Shown here piece by piece: positions 42,090 to 51,973 of a DNA stretch of 64,000 nt. The notes beneath the pieces were generated by a model, which made no database searches, was not told where the DNA came from, and worked only from the letters and a program-made list of their open reading frames with translations. Both the position numbers and the translations under genes were made by a program. This stretch comes from an uncultured Chthonomonadaceae bacterium. GTDB lineage: Bacteria > Armatimonadota > Chthonomonadetes > Chthonomonadales > Chthonomonadaceae. Location of the stretch: positions 32,001 through 96,000 of the forward strand of contig CAWIEK010000022.1 of the NCBI GenBank assembly GCA_963835065.1. The letters run 5' to 3'. Positions within the stretch are counted from its first letter, which is position 1. Each line of letters opens with the position of its first letter.

Positions 42090-43112
42090 CTACAGCGTTT
42101 TCCCGACAGCGCTTGCGATAGGGGCAATATCCTGCATCAGTTGCTCGAATTGGGCGAAGGTCAGGGATTGCGGGCCGTCCTTGATCGCTTTTTCGGGGTT
42201 GGGGTGCGTTTCGATGATGATGCCGTCCGCGCCGGTTGCCACTGCGCCGCGCGTGACGGCGTTGACAAGGCTGCGCTTGCCGGTCGCATGGGACGGGTCG
42301 GCGAAAATCGGCAGGTGCGACAGTTCCTTGATGGCGGGAATGGCGTTGATGTCGAAGGTGTTGCGGGTATACGTTTCAAACGTGCGGATGCCGCGCTCGC
42401 ACAGAATGATCTCGTAATTGCCCTGACTGGCGATGTATTCCGCCGCCTGCAGCCATTCTTCAATCGTACTGGCCCAGCCGCGCTTGAGCATCACGGGCTT
42501 ACGCGCCGTGCCCACTTCGCGCAGCAGGGAGAAGTTGGTCATGTTGCGCGTCCCGATCTGGAAAATGTCGGTGTACTTGCCCACCAATTCCACGTCGCGG
42601 GTATCCATCACTTCCGTAATGATGGGAAGTCCCGTCTGCTGACTGGCTTCAGCCAGCAGTTTCAAGCCCGCTTCGCCCATGCCGTGAAACGAGTACGGAC
42701 TGGTGGACGGCTTGAACGCGCCGCCCCGCAGGATATGCGCGCCCGCTTTCTTGACAAACGCGGCGGTTTCAAACAGCATTTCGGGCAACTCGACGGTACA
42801 CGGCCCGGCCATAACGCAAAGCTGATTACCGCCGATTTGTACCCCGCGCACATTGATAACGGTTCCTTCCGGCTTGAACGCTTTGCCGACCAGTTTGTAC
42901 GGCTTCAAAATGGGAACTACGCGCTCCACGAACGGCAGCGCCTCATAATGCTCGACAAGACCGTCCTTGTCCCGTTCGGGCGTCCCGATCACGCCGACAA
43001 TGGTGCGCTCGACACCCTCGGAAAGATGGACGCCGTAGCCCCGGCCTTTGAGTTCTTCCAGCAGTTCCGCGCGCTGCGTTCCTGTCGTTTCCGGCGCTAA
43101 AATGATAATCAT
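42090..43112 (-). CDS. aroF: 3-deoxy-7-phosphoheptulonate (DAHP) synthase, class I beta
   Basis: AGPCTVE, RGGAFKP, QIGTRNM, CERGIRTFE, DPSHATG. Confidence 0.96.
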   Translation of the reverse strand: MIIILAPETTGTQRAELLEELKGRGYGVHLSEGVERTIVGVIGTPERDKDGLVEHYEALPFVERVVPILKPYKLVGKAFKPEGTVINVRGVQIGGNQLCVMAGPCTVELPEMLFETAAFVKKAGAHILRGGAFKPSTSPYSFHGMGEAGLKLLAEASQQTGLPIITEVMDTRDVELVGKYTDIFQIGTRNMTNFSLLREVGTARKPVMLKRGWASTIEEWLQAAEYIASQGNYEIILCERGIRTFETYTRNTFDINAIPAIKELSHLPIFADPSHATGKRSLVNAVTRGAVATGADGIIIETHPNPEKAIKDGPQSLTFAQFEQLMQDIAPIASAVGKTL

Positions 43113-43459
43113 GGTGCTGCTCCTTCTCGCTTCTGCTGCTATCGTTGTATATGCAACTGTCTATGTACGATTGTTCGATGCGCAATTGTTTGTTCGATGC
43201 ACAATGGCTGCCTTACCTGCCGAACGGCGTTTCCCGACCCCAAATTCTTTAACGGGGACTCAATTATAGCACACGCCGAATTCCATACCCCTAAAGCGGC
43301 GCAATTTGTGCGGACGTAGGAACCGGCAATTGTTGCACAGGACATCGGCAGATGGGGTAACATACATACACAAAAACGCTTGACCATTTGCGAAATACCG
43401 GGCAAGCGCGTCCTGGCTGCCTTCCCGACCTTCACCGATTTCAAAGGAAAGTTATGCCC

Positions 43460-43980
43460 ATGAAGAACTGTTTTCGCCTGCCCCTTCTTTTCTGTGGTAT
43501 GGGAATGGCAATGGTGTTCGGGACGGGCGTTCGCCTGCTGCGCGCGCAAACACAGCCGCGTCTAGCCGACAAACAAACCGCCCTGCGCTTCACCAACCCG
43601 ACGGCCATTACCAACGGGTATCTTCCCCTGGCGCATCTGCATCAGGACATTCTGGAAGGCAAGGAGGATGGCAAGAGCGTTCGCGTGGAGCGCGCAATGA
43701 AGCCGGGAACGCGCGCGTTCTTGATTGACGGGCAGAAAGTGGAAGCGCGTATTATGGAAGACCGCGAGTTTATCGGCGGCAAGCTGAAGGAAGTGACGCT
43801 GGACTATTTCGCGCAGGCCGAAGACGGGAGCGTCTGCTATCTGGGCGAAAAAGTGGATATGTACCGCGACGGCAAAGTGATCGGACATGAGGGCGCGTGG
43901 CTGGTTGGGGAACACAGCGCGAAACCGGGCGTGATTATGCCCGCGCATCCCAAAGTGGGCGACAAGTTCCGCTCTGAAAT
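43460..43980 (+). pseudogene. Secreted conserved hypothetical protein, apparently truncated or chimeric at ~43980
   Basis: ITNGYLPL...DYFAQAEDGSVCYLGE...KPGVIMP; composition shifts to AT-richer sequence after ~43980. Confidence 0.5.
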
Positions 43981-44431
43981 CTGTGCCTCGCACCTGCTTT
44001 CGTTAGAAAAGTACGTGCCGAGTGATTTCAGGCAGGATATTTTACGCTTCAGGAGAATATGGGGGCAAAAATGGCGACAGGATTATTCAATGTCAAACGT
44101 CATTACGGTTCGTGAAGAAACTATCCTCTCTGAAACCGAGCAGGCATTGCGTCTCTTCGCTTCCGGAGGGGAACGGATACCGGGCGTTAATTAGCGCCTG
44201 CCGGTATGATACCGGGGGATTAAACGAACAAGGGATGAGAGTTGTCGTTGCTGATCTGTTCAGTTCTATTACACACGAGGTGATACGAGCGAAAGAAATG
44301 GTATACGACGCCTTTCCCAACATTCGATTTAGCCTTGATATACGGGATGTCAGCACGGTAACAGATGACAACCGATAGGAGCATACGGCAATGGACACTC
44401 CTTCGGTTGATGCCTTTAACTCTACTAACCT

Positions 44432-44477
44432 TATCCGCTATGTCGTGTTCAAAGATTGGCATCGGTAGACAAAGCCG
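44432..44477 (+). repeat. 46-bp direct repeat, copy 1 (copy 2 at 45838-45883)
   Basis: tatccgctatgtcgtgttcaaaga[t/g]tggcatcggtagacaaagccg, one mismatch. Confidence 0.92.
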
Positions 44478-44608
44478 CAATCTGGTCTACATGCAGACGC
44501 CGGCAAACGCCTACCCGCAAGCATTTACGCAACAGGCTGCTGCGCGAATTCCCACACAGCGTTCAAATGTTGTGCAACTGTTTTGCTGATGGGCCTGTCA
44601 GGAGGATT

Positions 44609-44690
44609 GGAGCGTAGCCTGAAAGGTTCAGAAACAGTCTTGAAAACTGCGCCATCCGCAAGGATGGGGGTTCGATTCCTCTACGCTCCG
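44609..44690 (+). tRNA. Non-canonical tRNA-Ser(TGA)-like RNA (9/3 or 8/4 fold)
   Basis: GGAGCGTAG/CTACGCTCC+G73, anticodon loop CTTGAAA, V-arm CCATCC-GCAA-GGATGG, T loop TTCGATT. Confidence 0.8.
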
Positions 44691-45020
44691 TTATCCCTCC
44701 TGTCCAGCAAAGCCACCTGCGAACGGTAAACGCCGACCGTGTTGAAGGAGAGCCTCCATGAAATTGGCCTGATGAAGCGCATAGAAAGCATATTCTAACG
44801 AATGCACTCGCCGCGCGAACGCCGGAGCAGTTAGAACGCGCCACGCGGGAGTTAGATGCCTGGGTTGCCGCGCATCCTGACGATGAAGATATTTAGTGGG
44901 CGTATGAGCAAATGGCGCTTGTAGAGATTGCGCTGCAGGAAGTTGCGCCTGCCCCTGTAATGGTAATGGCAAAAGCTTCTTGATGAGCAAGCATATTCAA
45001 ATTGTAAGGGGGCAGTAAGA

Positions 45021-45522
45021 TTGAGCGCGCGTAAGCATTTCAGTTCGGTCAAGCTTGAATATCATTCGCTGCGGTTCGCCCAAATGCTCTTCAAGCATTT
45101 CCCGGAGTGGAAGCAATATGCAGGCCATTATGTCAAAGAAGAAAAGAATATCCCAGTATACTACCTGAATGTTTCTATACCCCCTGTCAATCCCGGATGT
45201 CACCGATACGCTTTGTATCACTACCTATCCCGAAGAGGTCATTATTCAGTGGCTTGGCGGCGCACACTCCCATTTTGATGCTTTGTTACATCGCAGCACA
45301 GTGAATTACATGGAAGCGGCGCTTGATTTTTTAGAGCGCATCGTCACCGATCAGATCATTTTCGGCTACTATGTTCGGGATGGCAAGCCAACAGGAGCAG
45401 GGTTCTTGTACAACTTCGAGTTAAACCCGGCTCCAACATGGTTCAATATAAAACAGGGTTCCATCGTGATGCGCTCATGGCAGGGAACGCGCGACACAGA
45501 ACTGTTTGTACAAACGGTCTGA
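45021..45522 (+). CDS. Hypothetical protein split by a frameshift near 45180
   Basis: Two overlapping ORFs (45021..45278 and 45169..45522) join into one protein-like sequence ending RSWQGTRD. Confidence 0.45.
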
Positions 45523-45574
45523 CAGCACTGTACAAGCAACTCAGAGACGGATGAAAGCGGGAGGAGCGCGGCAG

Positions 45575-45874
45575 ATGAACCCTCGACTACAGGGCGTATT
45601 GGTATTTGCAGCGGGTGTGTGCCTTGCTGTCGTGTTTTGGAACGAGTATCATTCCGGGAGTGAACTCTTCTCGGCAAAGCTGCTAATCATGACGCCCGTT
45701 ATCCTGCTTCTCGGACTGACCTACATCCTTGAGCCGCGCGTCCTGCTGGCAAGCAAGAGCAACGCCTCCGCATTGCCCATCCTGTTCAAGGTAGTAAACT
45801 ACGTTCTTCTTTTCGTCGGCCTTGCCATCGGCTTCTATATCCGCTATGTCGTGTTCAAAGAGTGGCATCGGTAG
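45575..45874 (+). CDS. Small 3-TM membrane protein
   Basis: Three hydrophobic segments; SD ggagg upstream; its 3' end is the 46-bp repeat. Confidence 0.65.
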   Translation: MNPRLQGVLVFAAGVCLAVVFWNEYHSGSELFSAKLLIMTPVILLLGLTYILEPRVLLASKSNASALPILFKVVNYVLLFVGLAIGFYIRYVVFKEWHR

Positions 45875-45883
45875 ACAAAGCCG
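45838..45883 (+). repeat. 46-bp direct repeat, copy 2
   Basis: Matches 44432-44477. Confidence 0.92.
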
Positions 45884-45901
45884 TGTACGAAGCTAACTGG
45901 T

Positions 45902-46810
45902 TTAACCCTCCACGCGCTGATTGATGAGATGCGCCAGATAGCCCGCGCCGAAGCCGTTGTCAATGTTGACCACGCCCACGCCGGTTGCGCACGAATTCAG
46001 CATCGTCAGTAACGCGGAAAGCCCCTGAAAACTCGCGCCATAGCCTATGCTTGTCGGCACGGCGATGACGGGACGCGATACCAGCCCGCCGACTACGGAC
46101 GCCAGCGCCCCCTCCATGCCCGCTACCACGACCAGCACATTGGCGGCAAACAACCGCTCCTGATTGTTCAGCAGCCGATGAATCCCCGCCACGCCCACGT
46201 CGTACAAGCGTTCCGTCGGGCTGCCCATTTCCGTCGCCGTCACCACCGCTTCTTCCGCCACCGGTAAATCCGCCGTGCCTGCGGAGACGACGAGGATAGT
46301 TCCGAGGGAAGAGGGTGTCGGGTGTCGGGTGTCGGGTGTCGGGAAGGGCATTGCCGATTGTTGATTGTCAATTGCCGATTGGGGTTCTTCTGTCTTCTCT
46401 TCTGTTCCCTGTTCCCTGTTTCCTGTTCCCTGCTCTTCTCTATCCCCTTCATCCTTCATCCTTCCGCCTTCATCCTTGCTTTTGACTACCAGCATCCGCG
46501 CCAGTTCGTGATAAACCGCGTTCGGGAATTGGCGGAGGACGGCCTGCGCGACTTCGGGCGTGGCGCGGGACGCGAGGACTTTCGGGGAGCGGAGGATCAG
46601 GCGGTCCAGAATGGCGAGAATGTGTTCCGTCGTTTTGCCGGGACAATACACCACTTCCGGGAAACCGTTGCGCAGAGCGCGGTGGTGATCCAGTTTGGCA
46701 AATCCCAAATCTTCATACGGCAGGGAGCGCAGGGACGCCAGCGCCTCGTCAATCGAGGTGTCGCCCCCTTTCACCTGTTCCAGCAATTGTCGTAATCGTT
46801 CGGCATCCAT
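45902..46810 (-). CDS. larB: Nickel-pincer cofactor biosynthesis protein LarB with an in-frame repeat insertion
   Basis: DHHRALRNGFPEVVYCPGK, AGTADLPVAEEA, DVGVAGIHRL, AGMEGAL, VVNIDNGFGAG. Confidence 0.95.
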   Translation of the reverse strand: MDAERLRQLLEQVKGGDTSIDEALASLRSLPYEDLGFAKLDHHRALRNGFPEVVYCPGKTTEHILAILDRLILRSPKVLASRATPEVAQAVLRQFPNAVYHELARMLVVKSKDEGGRMKDEGDREEQGTGNREQGTEEKTEEPQSAIDNQQSAMPFPTPDTRHPTPSSLGTILVVSAGTADLPVAEEAVVTATEMGSPTERLYDVGVAGIHRLLNNQERLFAANVLVVVAGMEGALASVVGGLVSRPVIAVPTSIGYGASFQGLSALLTMLNSCATGVGVVNIDNGFGAGYLAHLINQRVEG

Positions 46811-46929
46811 AATTGTTAGGTGTCAGGTGTCAGGTGTCAGGTGTCAGGTAATGGGTATTAGATTGGACGTGTTCTTATGCCTGCGACAATCATCCTAATA
46901 CCTGATACCTAACACCTGACACCTGACAC

Positions 46930-47637
46930 CTATTTCTTCGGTGGTTGCGCGGGCGCTTGCACTTCCTGCGCGCCTTTCGGGGGTGAGAAAATAAACGCGC
47001 TGGCCGGCAGGGGCGCGTTGACGGCTTCGGATTTTACCAGGGTTTGAATGACGCGCGTACTCTTGCCGTTGGACTGCGTCACGCGCGCCTGCTTGACGTG
47101 GTGCGTTGCTTTGTCAATGTAGATTACAACCACAGTGGAGCCGTTTTGTACCGGCGGAGCCAGTTGCAGCGTGTAGCAGGCTGCGCCGCCGACGCTTGCG
47201 GGAGCCAGCAGCGTGTAATACGTGGCTTTCGGGTTCATGCCGCCAAACGGCAGGCCGTACTGCAATCCCATAATCGGCAGCAGATTCGGGTTGTGCGGCT
47301 GCTTGAAATACTTGCTTGAGGCAAGGTCCAGCATGTAACTGATCTGGCCGTCATCCACAACCTGCGCGCCCTGCTTGCCGCCCGCGCCGGTTTTCTCTCG
47401 GGGCGTCACTACAATGTGGGCTTTTTGGCCCGCAATGAACTGCCCATCGGTTTGTACGCCGGTCGGCGGCTGGTTGTCTATGGTAACAGTGGTTTGCAGC
47501 GACACCTTCAGCGTCTTCATGTTGTGATAGACCGCGTTGGTTTTGGCGATGATGGTTTTTACGTCCTGCGCCTGCGCGGTTTGAGCGGTCAGCAGGACGC
47601 AGGCCGCGCCTGCTGCCGCTCCGAATAGTTTCAGCAT
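46930..47637 (-). CDS. LolA-like/outer-membrane lipoprotein-sorting fold secreted protein
   Basis: Signal peptide AQA-Q; C-terminal VNAPLPASAFIFSPPKGA. Confidence 0.7.
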   Translation of the reverse strand: MLKLFGAAAGAACVLLTAQTAQAQDVKTIIAKTNAVYHNMKTLKVSLQTTVTIDNQPPTGVQTDGQFIAGQKAHIVVTPREKTGAGGKQGAQVVDDGQISYMLDLASSKYFKQPHNPNLLPIMGLQYGLPFGGMNPKATYYTLLAPASVGGAACYTLQLAPPVQNGSTVVVIYIDKATHHVKQARVTQSNGKSTRVIQTLVKSEAVNAPLPASAFIFSPPKGAQEVQAPAQPPKK

Positions 47638-47825
47638 GAGAAGATCGAATCCCCTATTTTGTGTGGTTCGCGCTGTTTCCCGCCATGCCGAGCATAGCGG
47701 CCTGAAGCGGGTTAGCGGCAAATTCCGCCATCGCCGGTATCTGTTTCGCGCCGACAGGGGGCGTAAACTTGAACAGGCTGTCGTGTACCGCCGACGTATT
47801 TTAGGAACAAGATAAGCAAGGCCGT

Positions 47826-48750
47826 CTACTTTTTGATGAGTTGTATGGAAGAAAGCGGAACCATATCGGATTTTTTCGCCAGCGTGTCGTTCATTTTACC
47901 CGAACGGTAGCCTTCCAGATCGAGCGTAACATAGGTATAGCCCAATTCTTTGAAGCGGGCGTTGACGACTTCGCGCAGTTCCACCAGCCGTACAATATCC
48001 TGCGGTTCCACTTCGATGCGGGCAACCGTGTCATGGTGTCGGACGCGGAACTGCCGGAAGCCCAATTCGCGCAGAAACTTCTCGCAGCCATCCAGTTGCG
48101 CCAGCAGGGGAGCCGTGATTTCCGTGCCGTAAGGGAAGCGAGACGACAGGCAGGCGAACGAGGGCTTGTCCCAGTTCGGAACGCCCAGGTGCAGGGCCAA
48201 CGCGCGCACGTCGGCTTTGGTCATGCCCGCTTCGCGCAGGGGACTGCGAACGCCGCGCTCTTCCGCCGCCCGAATACCGGGCCGGTGGTCGCCCGGCTTA
48301 CCGTCGTCGGCATGGGAGCCGTCCACGATCCAGGGGATATTGCGTTCCTGCGCGACGGTTTGCAGTTCGCTGAACAGTTCGGTTTTGCAATGGTAGCAGC
48401 GGTTGGGCGTATTCACGGCAAAATTCGGGTTGGCGAGTTCATGGGTGCGGACGCGCGTAACGGTCACGCCCATCGCCTGCGCCACATCCAGCGCGGCATC
48501 CACTTCACCCTGCGGAAACGCTTCCGAATCGCCGGTCACGGCCACGGCATGGTCGCCAAGCACATCATGGGCCACTTTCAGCACAAGCGTACTGTCCACG
48601 CCTCCCGAATAGCCGATGACGCACGTGCCCATGTCGCGTAAAATCGTCTGCAAATCGGCGTATTTGGCCGCAAGTTCGGCGGAAAGCGGCGTTTCTTCTG
48701 CCCGATTGTTGTATGCCGGTTGCTGCAAAGGAAGCATTGTCTCTGTCACG
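47826..48750 (-). CDS. larE: ATP-dependent sacrificial sulfur transferase LarE
   Basis: PP-loop YSGGVDS, RCYHCK, ACLSSRFPYG, RVRHH, DLEGYRSG. Start uncertain. Confidence 0.93.
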
Positions 48751-48878
48751 GTCTTTCCTCGTGTAAGATAAGAGATATGAGATAAGAGATTAAGAGAGGC
48801 AGGCGCTTTGTAGATGGTACAATATCCCAACATCCTGTACTCTTATCTCATATCTCATATCTCTTATCTGCTCTCTCC

Positions 48879-50261
48879 CTATGAAATCTGCTCAATTTTC
48901 CCGCCGGCGAACAGCCGGAATTTCTGGCCCCGCCAGATAATATGGCTGCCGCAGAAACTGATGATGAACAGCGCGCTCTGGATTAAATCGTCCAACGGCA
49001 GCAACGGCCAGTACCGGCGCACATTGGAGTCATGGGTATATACGCTTGCAATCCAGGCGGCGGCAGCAATCCGCAGGGCTATTATACACGCAAAAATGGT
49101 CAATCCCATCCTATTGAAGCCCATAGCGATTGCAAACAGGAGGGCCAGCGTCGTTCCCTGCGTGACAATCGCCGCCGCATATCCCTTCGGGCGGTACGCG
49201 CGCACGGTACGCGCCCACCGCAGCCGCCGCGCCCACATCGTTCCAAACGGTTCCGCGCCCAAAACGTTCTCAACCATATAGTTTGCGATAACGACCCGGT
49301 ACCCGGCTCGTTTCACGCCGTTTCCGAGCAAAAAATCGTCGGCCAGATCGTCCAGAATGGCTTCAAAACCGCCGATTTGTCGCAGCATCCCCTGCGACAA
49401 AGCCATCGTCGCGCCGAACGCGAAATCCACCTCATTCAGCAGTCGGCTGACCAGCGCGTTCGGAATAAAGTCCGCCCCAAACCCCAACGCCTCCAAACGC
49501 GCCGCCAAACTTTGCGCCTGAAACCCCCGATACGGGCAGGTGACAAGCCCGACGGAAGATAAGGATGAAGGATGAAGGATGAAGGATGAATCGATTGCCG
49601 ATTGTGAATTGGCGATTGGCGACTGCTTGCCTACTGTTCCCTGTTCCCTGTTCCCTGTTCCCTGTTCCCTGTTCCCTGTTCCCTGTCCTGCTGTCTTCTC
49701 TTCTTCTCTTCTTCTCTTCTTCTCTTCTTCTTTCTGTTCCCTGTTCCCTGTCCCCTGTTCCCTGAACGGAGCGACGACATTGCGCAGGTAGTCGGGGGCG
49801 ACGCGGATGTCGCTGTCGCATAACACCAGCAGGTCGTGCCGGGCGTGGGGCAGCATGGACACCAGGTTACATACTTTCAGATTATGGCCGCGCCGGGTCT
49901 CGAAGGGCGTTGGCGTGACAATGGCTATGTCGCGTTCCGGGAACTCGCACTGTAAACGCCGCGCAACCAGCAGGGCGGGGTCATCGGCGTCCAGCGCGCC
50001 GAAAATAATCTGGACGCGGTCAGCGGGGTAGTCCTGGCGGCAAAAACTGACGTAGTTGTCGTAAGCGTAAGCATCCGCGCCGCGCACCGGCTTGAGAATG
50101 GTGACGGGGGGTGTCCAGTCCCGATCCGGGGCGGTCCGGGCGCGATGCCACTGCCGCGCCGCCCAAACGGAAGCGCCCGCATACGCGCTGTAGGCGGCCA
50201 GTCCCAGTCCGAGCAAAACGCGGACGATTATGAGCAGTTCCTCAGTCCATTCATGCGCCAT
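48879..50261 (-). CDS. hpnI: HpnI/ceramide glucosyltransferase-like GT2 enzyme with an in-frame repeat insertion
   Basis: ILKPVRG, NLKVCNL, DSDIRV, GLVTCPY, LADDFLLG, RRLRWAR. Confidence 0.8.
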   Translation of the reverse strand: MAHEWTEELLIIVRVLLGLGLAAYSAYAGASVWAARQWHRARTAPDRDWTPPVTILKPVRGADAYAYDNYVSFCRQDYPADRVQIIFGALDADDPALLVARRLQCEFPERDIAIVTPTPFETRRGHNLKVCNLVSMLPHARHDLLVLCDSDIRVAPDYLRNVVAPFREQGTGNREQKEEEKKRRREEEKTAGQGTGNREQGTGNREQGTVGKQSPIANSQSAIDSSFILHPSSLSSVGLVTCPYRGFQAQSLAARLEALGFGADFIPNALVSRLLNEVDFAFGATMALSQGMLRQIGGFEAILDDLADDFLLGNGVKRAGYRVVIANYMVENVLGAEPFGTMWARRLRWARTVRAYRPKGYAAAIVTQGTTLALLFAIAMGFNRMGLTIFACIIALRIAAAAWIASVYTHDSNVRRYWPLLPLDDLIQSALFIISFCGSHIIWRGQKFRLFAGGKIEQIS

Positions 50262-50266
50262 CGCGG

Positions 50267-50641
50267 TTAGCCGTCGCTCCCCAGTCCTACGATAATCACG
50301 CCAAGCACGATTACGGACGTGCCGATCCATTTGGCCGCGCTCACATTTTCATGCAGGAGATACTTTGCCAGCAGCGCGCCCAGCACATACGATAGGGCCG
50401 TGAGCGGCAGCACAAAACTGAAATCGGCCAGTTTCAGAGCGTACAGATAAAAGACAAAGTAGATGATCATCAGCAGCATGCCGCCCATCACATAGCCATT
50501 GAGCAGAATGGAACGCGCCACAACCGCAAACGGGCCTTCCAATGTCTGCTTCATGCCTTTGGACAGCAGCGCCTCGCCCAACGATACGGCTCCAATAGAA
50601 ACCAGCATTATCCAGATAACTTTGATCTTGTTAGGGTTCAT
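50267..50641 (-). CDS. EamA/SMR-like small membrane transporter
   Basis: Four TMs, ADFSFVLPLTALSY...LHENVS. Confidence 0.8.
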   Translation of the reverse strand: MNPNKIKVIWIMLVSIGAVSLGEALLSKGMKQTLEGPFAVVARSILLNGYVMGGMLLMIIYFVFYLYALKLADFSFVLPLTALSYVLGALLAKYLLHENVSAAKWIGTSVIVLGVIIVGLGSDG

Positions 50642-50923
50642 ATAATCTTCAGGCGTCGTCGCGCGGCGTCCACTCGCTTCCTTTTCCGATAGTGTTGGCG
50701 GCGGCTGTCGGTGTCCGCGCGATTGGACGCGGCATACGCTTTTACAGACTGCGCTATATATCTATTAGGATACCCGATTACCCGCCTATTCCGCAGTGCC
50801 AAATTGGGAATACCGCCGCGCCTGATATTCTCTGTTGTTCTTTGATGGTCGAGAAGCAAAGAAACGGCCTGTTTCACTATAAACTTTTCAGGATGAACTT
50901 TTCAGGTATCGGCTGGATTCCGC

Positions 50924-50953
50924 TTGACATTTAAGCGATTGCTAATGTATACT
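50924..50953 (+). promoter_or_regulatory. Sigma70-type promoter, probably giving a leaderless ArsR mRNA
   Basis: TTGACA-N18-TATACT, with the ATG 7 nt downstream and no SD. Confidence 0.65.
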
Positions 50954-50960
50954 GACTGCT

Positions 50961-51320
50961 ATGAGCCGACACGATGCCGCCGAGGATGTTTTCACTGCCA
51001 TTGCCGACCCCACCCGCCGCGCGATTCTGCGCGCGCTGGGGGATGGCGAACAGCCGGTTACGATGCTGGCGGCGCAATTCGAAGGTTCGCTGTCGGCCAT
51101 TTCGCAGCACCTGCGCGTTCTGCGCGAAGCCAATTTGGTCACGGCGCGTAAAGCAGGGCGCGAACGAGTATATCGCCTGAACCCCGCCGCCCTGAAACCC
51201 GTTGCGGAGTGGGTCGCGTTTTACGAGCCGTTCTGGAGCGACAAGCTGGCGGCGCTGGAAACGTATCTGGAGCAAACGCCGAAAGCGCAAACACCGGAAG
51301 TACAAGCCTCAGAAGCATAA
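50961..51320 (+). CDS. ArsR/SmtB family transcriptional regulator
   Basis: FTAIADPTRRAIL...ISQHLRVLREANLV...GRERVYRL. Confidence 0.93.
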   Translation: MSRHDAAEDVFTAIADPTRRAILRALGDGEQPVTMLAAQFEGSLSAISQHLRVLREANLVTARKAGRERVYRLNPAALKPVAEWVAFYEPFWSDKLAALETYLEQTPKAQTPEVQASEA

Positions 51321-51370
51321 ACATCAACCGCACAAACAAAACGAGCACCGATAAAAAGAAAGGGAAGCGC

Positions 51371-51973
51371 ATGAAATCGGAATCGGAAAATGCGAGGCGT
51401 TTGCAGGACAGGGTGAACCTGGAGAAAGTATTCGCGCATCCGCCGGAGCGGGTCTGGCAAGCCCTGACCGACCCCAAAGCGCTTGCGCAATGGCTGCTGC
51501 CCACCACCTTTCAGCCCAAGTTGGGGCATCGTTTCCGCTTTACCCGCGTGGCGGAAAACGGGAAACGGCAAAAGGTGCGCTGTCAAATCGTGGAACTCGA
51601 CGCGCCACGCCACCTCGCCTATACCTGGCAGGCCGAGGGAGAAGACGCGCCCGCCCTTGTCACCTGGACGCTGGAAGCCATTGCGGAAGGCACACGCCTG
51701 CGCCTGGAACACACCGGCCTGGAAACCTCCTGCGCTTATCACGCGAAAAGCGTCTCTTTCCCTGCTGACCGCTTCGTTGCCGCGTTCGCCGCTTTTCTGC
51801 AAAACGGCGGCTTGCAAGCGTCAAGATGCGCGGCACAGCGCTCTCCTCTCACAACGCGCGTCGGGCGTATCGTGTTGCCGGCTACTTCGCGCCCCCTGCG
51901 CTGCGTCCGTTCGCGTATCATGCCGGAAAATAAATTTGCCGGCACTGAGGAGGTATTAAAATGCAGTCGCTGA
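51371..51973 (+). CDS. SRPBCC/AHSA1 domain protein
   Basis: [35 protein letters not shown]. Confidence 0.85.
   Translation: MKSESENARRLQDRVNLEKVFAHPPERVWQALTDPKALAQWLLPTTFQPKLGHRFRFTRVAENGKRQKVRCQIVELDAPRHLAYTWQAEGEDAPALVTWTLEAIAEGTRLRLEHTGLETSCAYHAKSVSFPADRFVAAFAAFLQNGGLQASRCAAQRSPLTTRVGRIVLPATSRPLRCVRSRIMPENKFAGTEEVLKCSR

Noticed and set aside
43113..43400. T-box or attenuator upstream of aroF-tyrA
   Set aside because: I could not identify a T-box consensus or an aromatic-rich leader peptide.
44609..44690. tRNA-Sec (selC) or an opal suppressor
   Set aside because: The anticodon is TGA (reads UCA, Ser), not TCA, and no sel genes are nearby.
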